From positions 32,001 through 96,000 of the IMG/VR virus record IMGVR_UViG_3300036966_000119: a stretch of 64,000 bases of DNA; one strand, given 5' to 3'. The stretch's first letter is position 1, and each line of letters begins with the position of its first letter. Below, piece after piece: positions 60,101-64,000 of this stretch. A model generated the notes under the pieces. That model was not told where the DNA came from. It searched no databases and was given only the letters and a program-made list of their open reading frames with translations. The position numbers were made by a program, and so were the translations under genes. This DNA comes from a virus (lineage: Duplodnaviria; Caudoviricetes).

Positions 60101-62449
60101 GATATTCAGGTTCTCAGATATATACTCACTAAAAATGGACCCGCGGGTTCAACTGGTGATGAAGGTTATGTAAACCCATTGACATACTGGAAGTTTGAAG
60201 AAGGCGGTGTTAACGCAGGACCATACAAGAAGACTGACGCAATGAGTGGTAGCTTCTGGAGCGACGTCTATGCTAATAAAATCACAAATTCAGGTTACCA
60301 TAATCAGGCACAAAAGGCTGGTCTTACTGGTGCACAAGAAGCAATGGTTGCTGCAATTGCAATTCATGAGGACTCAGCACAGAAAATAACCGGTGAAAAA
60401 TCACTGACAACAGTTACTGCTGACTATAATGGTCAAACGGCTTTTGGTATCATGAACTGGATACCAGATCCTCCGAATAGATATGTTGGTGCAACTGAAA
60501 CCAAATATGGTACAACACTTGCACAACAATTACCAGAAATGCGCAAAATGTATTTCGATAAAAATCCAACACATGATAGAGCAAGAGTTGTTAACTATAA
60601 TGATTACGCAGCTGCAATGCAAACAGTACTTGGTCATGCACCAACTATCAAACAAGGTGAACCATGGGGTCCTCTTGCAGAAACAGATATAGCTGAATCA
60701 ATGGGTCACTATGTCGCAAATGCTTTGATTCCTGCTGGATGGAATACTGTCGCAGGTCTTGGCAAACATATGGGAACTGCTGTTGATGTATATAACTGGA
60801 TGGTTGATAAAGGCTGGATAAAGGTTGGTGGTGGATCTAACTCTGAAAATGAGGGTGATGAAAATAAAATCACTGGTAGATTCGTATCAACTATTTCAAA
60901 CAGAGTAGCTGGTGGTGGATCAGATGATCTTGTTAATGCCATGGCACAAGCTTTCGTTGGTTATGTAAGCAAGAATCCTTCTGGTACATACGTAAACGGT
61001 GATATCGGTTCTGTAACCGCACCCGATGGTTACGTTTGGAATAATTTCAGACCTGACTGTTCAGGATTTACTGCGGCTGCAATGAAAAAACTGGGCTACA
61101 CTTTCCATGGATCTGAAAATGATACAACCGGACCATTAACATATGATTTTAATGAACAGCGATCAAAATATGGCGTGAAAGTTATTCGTGATGCAAATGG
61201 TAATGAAACTAATGATTGGGAATTAATTCCTTATGATAAGAATTCATTGGTTCCAGGAGACATTCTGTTCACAAACGGTGTTTCTTCATCATGGCCATGT
61301 TCACATACAGACATGTTCATTGGTATGGGTAGTGATGGCGATATCCGTGCTCTCGACGGTGGTAGTACAGGAACTATTCTTGCATCAGCTAAAGCTGGTA
61401 GAAAAATAGTCGAAGACGGTGTTGTTGAACCTGATATGATGAACTATGAATGTATGAGTAGCAATGATGCTGCATCATCTGGTATAGTTCTTCACTACAA
61501 GGGTGGTACAAGTGTGGCAAACACATCTGATGTTGGTCAACATCGTGGTGGATTTACAAATGCCGGTATACAAACAAATATCTATTCTGGTGCAGGACCG
61601 TTCTTACCTGAATCAAATAAATCGAATAAAAATACTGTCATGGGTCCCGTTTCTAAGCCAACGATGAAAGTCTCAGGTGCAGGACCGTTCTTACCTGAAT
61701 CAAATAAATCGAATAAAAATACTGTCATGGGTCCCGTTTCTAAGCCAACGATGAAAGTCTCAGGTGCAGGACCGTTCTTACCTGAATCAAATAAATCGAA
61801 TAAAAATACTGTCATGGGTCCCGTTTCTAAGCCAACGATGAAAGTCTCATATGATCCACTTGATCCAAATTCCTGGACTAAAATTCCAGCAACAGAGCGT
61901 GGTCCATATTATCAACAGCTCATCGATTATAACAAGCAGGCTAATAAGAAATCCACAGGTTATGCTGGTACATGGGGTAATGCTATTGATGATAATGGAT
62001 ATACTCCTGATACATTAAACTATTGGAGGAGCTCATTCTCTGACTGGAATAAATCACACATAAGCAATGACTTCCCTGACCAGCTTTCAGAATTGAAGAA
62101 GGTTCTTGGTAAGGGTGACGTAGGCGATTTTGATCTCTCATCATACATTCCTCCAGTGGATATGTCTAAGTTTGACCAGTATGATGTAGGTGAAAATAGT
62201 CCTATTCAGCAATATTTCCAGAAGTATGAGGTCGTTGCAGACACATCAAGTAAGATGGATATGTTAGAAAAAATGAGTAAGATGACATTCAATGTACGTG
62301 CAGAACGTGTAGAAGAATTGTTAGAAGAACTCATTGAAAAGGTTTCTGGTGATAAACCAGAACCATCCTCAAACAATACAGACGGATATGATCCGAACTT
62401 ATTCAGAAATGATATACCGGAACAAGTATCCCGTTTAGCTCGAGGATAA
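54191..62449 (+). CDS. Tape-measure-like tail protein with C39-like peptidase, degenerate M23, lysozyme-like and NlpC/P60 domains
   Basis: Amphipathic I/L/V repeats (~57760-58380); GCGP...HYV..ANP; GLGNHV..YLHL..GQLIGHAGSTG; IHEDS..AFGIMNW; DCSGF..PGDILF..HT. Confidence 0.8.
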   Translation: MNRLVSRSLEILGQATKEIGQDYTSNLTSFVNDAKNVKDSIVKSTTDASDTFAKLKTTNITKKISDWFYQEENSSDASGDEFDPGFKIDSSEDEATLDGDKKPTVLSTDSMSGIIEKQSGMMVKIGRRQTEQSIANTAEVISVLNSRTSEMITSMNNINKSLIGISDKLDKLIKIQTVEIEENKTEDKSGIYDSSGNLSLMRIFEQAKQNMSNNSVVSTAQMMGQMITGGGGPVDVAKFLMGFGLGKPLNALGGESIDSLGKKFNEMTGASIQIGLNEAIKSGPFKALFGNIAQFEGDKDYGTIAANNYTTKKAMFDGMTRMSIVNIIPEYLAKINQALSGETWHVDPRGRLVKRPVENKFNEVTRNAFASSGISSSAQNKILATGQRKFGDKISANDINEAGRALCGAIVMFKHYNGNSEGSFSVSDLKKDMSQYIFSAVNTLCNTPGRNDPEYWYSVCQMIVSQLASGLMDASQFVRNVNTSLDNMKRSAIEVAKSGKPEALQAGRLTNDIMIEQWIATHQDANKNNQQTSTQTQPTPTPTPTDGNAKVERVDKYYIDGKHTTGDFIRGIFGILNRGINVKVLDRNDTSWKFEDYDLERQTVKQEIIDSKAAELFGQWVAGGKDNKIGDVIRDGIKDSLESMKNGGTVGQAAGAAVQGAQQGLLSNMMSMMDAASLRDLTSKFINGDYKGFFKEGGKGREMFNTAKSKVSDIFGRTREQVTGALGASSLTLDRRVTGAALRARDAVIGEDGLVDRGKGLLGRASDALNSNPLFQRIKGTAERAANNIQYNRDNMALSSARGSLDNLDTDAIENFEDRMSAEAALMYYKRGEYDEARIEANKISNERLIKYIDERIKKIKDITEKREKGQTALENGETPDIGATLQTAPESATDGADAEKKNPVVKVLKKGFSLIGKWFKKSAELIQNGSIDIIFGLKTLGSGLKQTFSILGNSLKKTLKPVKDAIAKVGKTIKGAVTGAFSKMGDLFSKLKPRRDGESESGEGNEEQKRSLGERLGDKIRNSGTFGASFMTGFDEARAAKKKLSEAQERASSFVNRSVGDIMDVITGKKVMENSPFNQLLDVLKGFRSDVNGNHEEEMKAQQDGDEDAKNNTEGGEEGEGGVHNLRGAIDAVTGADGGAGGMKGLVEGIGKSLGGITQILMGIGEAALGVIMGMEGFKSLMNIGTELLQDILEPIDKIFKTLKKTIDSILKPLKDGLHDIIETLVNVVTSIVDILKPIIGMVKQLLDVVVGVILEVIQKVSDVLNTVVDLLASVVESIVDLLVPLLEAISDIINMLLEIVVPILDAVSSAVNAVISILNPILDLISVILDAVLVPILLILDIIQPVIEGIGYTMKIVSGVLQLGMGIIIGILGSLLKGMGLIVSAVGAIPMVPDSVGELGDQIESTADGMLDSSKDLISGGIEQMKEGLNGIVSLAKGLVKTITGDEEEDVQQEEPEESDTSDVKLNTTDFGAGDVNSNTINNSWSYTYGSGNTSTTMNQHSYGGYMNMSERGCGPVVLADAYNRRNGGRMNPATLAASMMGSGTYDPRRGTSVGSMIDTGNAIGMGMRMGGVTQQSLKQASPSNPITVLGSGTGFGTKAGNNHYVNVIGTDKNGGAYVANPMTGRVERQSATNLALNSKLGLYGSGDNEYEQYGFSDELTDSFTALKELTAQLTGIFQGPSKEDEIAEQRAMQKDAESAKTISNNLTEEEYSALEQEARTKLETDNPKRDGESDEDYQKRIEKLWTTKGNSIIVELGGQQYADKVSERTALTLSGAESMQEAHSSMLEGMHAASGANLKATSGDGAVAVMAPYDPIRYTEPNIDTSTSPASGASPVHDFFSATSGSEAYSTNGLWFEKSDVPVSKEGVGSKGNNHEGIGIRFVKDDPEIHAITNGTVTYMSTGGKYGGQDPNGGLGNHVKWRDDAGMYHWYLHLNDIDKNIKEGSNIEAGQLIGHAGSTGATGYDNEDIQVLRYILTKNGPAGSTGDEGYVNPLTYWKFEEGGVNAGPYKKTDAMSGSFWSDVYANKITNSGYHNQAQKAGLTGAQEAMVAAIAIHEDSAQKITGEKSLTTVTADYNGQTAFGIMNWIPDPPNRYVGATETKYGTTLAQQLPEMRKMYFDKNPTHDRARVVNYNDYAAAMQTVLGHAPTIKQGEPWGPLAETDIAESMGHYVANALIPAGWNTVAGLGKHMGTAVDVYNWMVDKGWIKVGGGSNSENEGDENKITGRFVSTISNRVAGGGSDDLVNAMAQAFVGYVSKNPSGTYVNGDIGSVTAPDGYVWNNFRPDCSGFTAAAMKKLGYTFHGSENDTTGPLTYDFNEQRSKYGVKVIRDANGNETNDWELIPYDKNSLVPGDILFTNGVSSSWPCSHTDMFIGMGSDGDIRALDGGSTGTILASAKAGRKIVEDGVVEPDMMNYECMSSNDAASSGIVLHYKGGTSVANTSDVGQHRGGFTNAGIQTNIYSGAGPFLPESNKSNKNTVMGPVSKPTMKVSGAGPFLPESNKSNKNTVMGPVSKPTMKVSGAGPFLPESNKSNKNTVMGPVSKPTMKVSYDPLDPNSWTKIPATERGPYYQQLIDYNKQANKKSTGYAGTWGNAIDDNGYTPDTLNYWRSSFSDWNKSHISNDFPDQLSELKKVLGKGDVGDFDLSSYIPPVDMSKFDQYDVGENSPIQQYFQKYEVVADTSSKMDMLEKMSKMTFNVRAERVEELLEELIEKVSGDKPEPSSNNTDGYDPNLFRNDIPEQVSRLARG
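61589..61849 (+). repeat. Three perfect 87-bp tandem repeats (29 aa)
   Basis: Units start at 61589, 61676 and 61763; GAGPFLPESNKSNKNTVMGPVSKPTMKVS. Confidence 0.97.
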
Positions 62450-62465
62450 AAAATAATTTGATATT

Positions 62466-62492
62466 ATATTGGGGGCATTGCGCCCCCAATAT
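62466..62492. terminator. Bidirectional hairpin terminator
   Basis: ATATTGGGGGC-ATTGC-GCCCCCAATAT between convergent genes. Confidence 0.82.
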
Positions 62493-62494
62493 AT

Positions 62495-62894
62495 TTATTT
62501 TGTTTCTTTATCATTTTCATCATCAAAAATATGGTAATCAATAAGCTTCTGAATTGCAGAAACATACTTGAGAATCCTTTCTTTTGATAAAAGTCTGTTT
62601 GTGTTCTGAAGGATCTCATACTCTTCAACAGTAAGGAGTGCCTTCATTGCCTTGAGCTGGTCATCATCTTCCAGAGGTCTGATGAAACCATTGATACCAG
62701 GAATATATAAATCCTTGGCAGTAACAAGTTTTGGTGGTCTAACAACATTTGTTGCTGCTTTGATTTCCTCAACCTTTTCCTTAAGCTTTTTCAGAGAACT
62801 CTTCCTTTTTGAGTTCTTCAACCTTTGTTGTTGGTGTTGTATCCTTTGTTTCAACACCGGTTGTCTTACCAAAGTATTCTGATAATTTAGACAT
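62495..62894 (-). CDS. Hypothetical protein interrupted by a +1 frameshift near 62785
   Basis: RBS AAGGAGG and ATG 62894 give MSKLSEY...EEFSEKA-stop (62781); the +1 frame continues LKEKVEEIKAATN... Confidence 0.6.
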
Positions 62895-62936
62895 ATTAAT
62901 TTTCCTCCTTGTTTCAATAAATGTGCCATGTGTATC

Positions 62937-62957
62937 AGCCGGGGACGAACCCCGGCT
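62937..62957. terminator. Hairpin
   Basis: AGCCGGGG-ACGAA-CCCCGGCT. Confidence 0.6.
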
Positions 62958-62999
62958 AACACATGGGTGTGAATGTTGGATATCAAAAGTGTTTGTAGA

Positions 63000-63428
63000 T
63001 TACTTCTTGAACATGTCTCTTCTGATCTTGAGCTTGGGTTCCTCATGAGCCTTGATAGTGCTCTTCCACTTCTGACCAGCGTTAGGACCGATTGTCTGAA
63101 CACCCTCAGAAGTTTTCTCAGGTACCTGAACAACCTTGATTGTAGCAGGTGCTGTGTTGTTGTCGGGTGCAGGAAGATCGAAAGCTCTCTGCTCATCATG
63201 CATGAAGCCTGAGATGAGTTCAGGAATCTGTGTAACTGTATTAGTTACATCAACCTCTGCGATCTTTTCGTCCATTATACCGATCTCGTCCTTTGAAGGG
63301 TAGCCACACTTTGCTACGAACTTCTTACAGTCAGTAACGAAAGCCTTCTGGAAGTTTGTAGCTGGTGCTGCTGTGCTGTTGCTGTAATTAGCAAGAGCAG
63401 CGAATGCAAACTGTTTGTTGGTTGCCAT
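63000..63428 (-). CDS. Highly expressed protein, possibly a divergent HU/IHF-fold DNA-binding protein
   Basis: RBS AAGGAGG; C-terminal FDLP..ATIKVVQVPEK...GPNAGQKWKSTIKAHEEPKLK resembles HU beta-arms. Confidence 0.4.
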   Translation of the reverse strand: MATNKQFAFAALANYSNSTAAPATNFQKAFVTDCKKFVAKCGYPSKDEIGIMDEKIAEVDVTNTVTQIPELISGFMHDEQRAFDLPAPDNNTAPATIKVVQVPEKTSEGVQTIGPNAGQKWKSTIKAHEEPKLKIRRDMFKK

Positions 63429-63529
63429 TGTAAATTCCTCCTTGAATATGTATGTTGGTTTTGTTTAACACAAGAGACTTTCTATCTCTTGTAACCTACG
63501 TAATTATATGTGTATCTGAAATATAAAAA

Positions 63530-63724
63530 TTAGCCGATATTTATCAATCCATCAGATACCCCGATTGTTGCTGTTAATGATGCTTCTGAAAGAAATTGTC
63601 CTGTCTGTCTGTCTTTGACCATGAAACCTTTGTTGATATATTGTAATATCTGGGATTCAGTTGCTGTTGGTAATTCACCTATTTTCTTTCCATCATTACT
63701 AAATATTTCAATCGAATAAGTCAT
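63530..63724 (-). CDS. Hypothetical small protein
   Basis: RBS GGGAGTG, 64 aa. Confidence 0.6.
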   Translation of the reverse strand: MTYSIEIFSNDGKKIGELPTATESQILQYINKGFMVKDRQTGQFLSEASLTATIGVSDGLINIG

Positions 63725-63782
63725 CTAAACTTCACTCCCTTCGTTTTAATGCCTTCTCTTCTGTTTACATATTTCTCTTTCT

Positions 63783-64000
63783 TTAATATCTGTATATGTC
63801 TATAGCTTGTTTAATCCATTCATGTGTAAAACAGTAGTAGTTTTCAATGGGGTGATCACTTACAGACACAACATTTATTGGTGGTAACGTATCATAATAA
63901 ATATAGCGATGTTCTTCGATATATCTATCGATACATTCCATCATTTCAACCGCATCCAAATAGTCATCATTTAAAATATATTGTTTGTCATATGGGTATG
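63783..64000 (-). CDS. Hypothetical protein, C-terminal part (starts beyond the window)
   Basis: Open frame YPYDKQYILND...IDIYRY-stop. Confidence 0.55.
   Translation of the reverse strand, partial: YPYDKQYILNDDYLDAVEMMECIDRYIEEHRYIYYDTLPPINVVSVSDHPIENYYCFTHEWIKQAIDIYRY

Noticed and set aside
4000-61815. Many antisense or nested ORFs in the track (e.g. 40601-41557, 57760-58341, 37103-37819)
   Set aside because: Shadows of codon-biased genes on the opposite strand or frame; Ser/Phe/Leu-rich and without RBS.
61589-61849. 87-bp repeats as a CRISPR array or DGR template/variable pair
   Set aside because: Copies are contiguous, identical and in frame, with no spacers, no adenine-specific differences and no cas or reverse transcriptase gene.
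62895-63199. 5' part of the 234-aa ORF 62495..63199 in the track
   Set aside because: It overlaps the real 63000-63428 gene, crosses a hairpin and has no RBS. The true start is 62894 in another frame.
63880-63910. Possible frameshift in the last partial ORF
   Set aside because: On recounting, the frame is continuous (RYIYYDTLPP).
1-64000. Stop-codon reassignment
   Set aside because: Coding density is high and conserved genes are full length under the standard code. The few breaks are frameshifts, not in-frame stops.
1-64000. tRNA genes, chimallin or PhuZ tubulin
   Set aside because: No cloverleaf/T-loop signatures in the intergenic gaps and no recognisable tubulin or shell motifs. Absence in this window says nothing about the rest of the genome.

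Overview
A 64-kb fragment of an AT-rich jumbo myophage with phiKZ/AR9-like architecture. The host is most likely an anaerobic Firmicute (strong GGAGG ribosome-binding sites, amidase endolysin, holin, SleB-like hydrolase, class III RNR glycyl-radical domain). The left third holds tail-fibre-like genes, early operons, a split RNA polymerase beta-prime C-terminal subunit, an HNH endonuclease, a DHH phosphoesterase, ThyX, a holin, a frameshifted UvsW-like helicase, a GyrA/ParC subunit and the N-terminal half of a split family B DNA polymerase. The rest is virion morphogenesis: endolysin, a paralogous family of internal head proteins with a shared cleavable propeptide, two membrane-type HExxH metalloproteases, a gp25-like wedge, an RNAP beta C-terminal subunit, the prohead protease, a 1257-aa head polyprotein, the major capsid protein and a 2752-aa tape-measure/multi-hydrolase. 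Non-coding signals are an early-promoter motif (ATATATTATT) usually followed by a 5' hairpin, a 70-bp duplicated promoter-hairpin-RBS cassette, AR9-like late promoter candidates (AAC-N7-TA), about 19 GC-rich hairpin terminators and a hairpin cluster upstream of the DNA polymerase. No tRNA, rRNA or CRISPR array was seen. The best leads are: (i) a propeptide-tagged, protease-activated set of head cargo proteins that includes membrane zinc proteases; (ii) portable early-promoter cassettes; (iii) catalytically dead HNH-derived early regulators; (iv) a stand-alone NrdD glycyl-radical spare-part protein; (v) a C39/GxG self-processing tape-measure protein. All assignments come from recognising motifs by eye; no searches were run.
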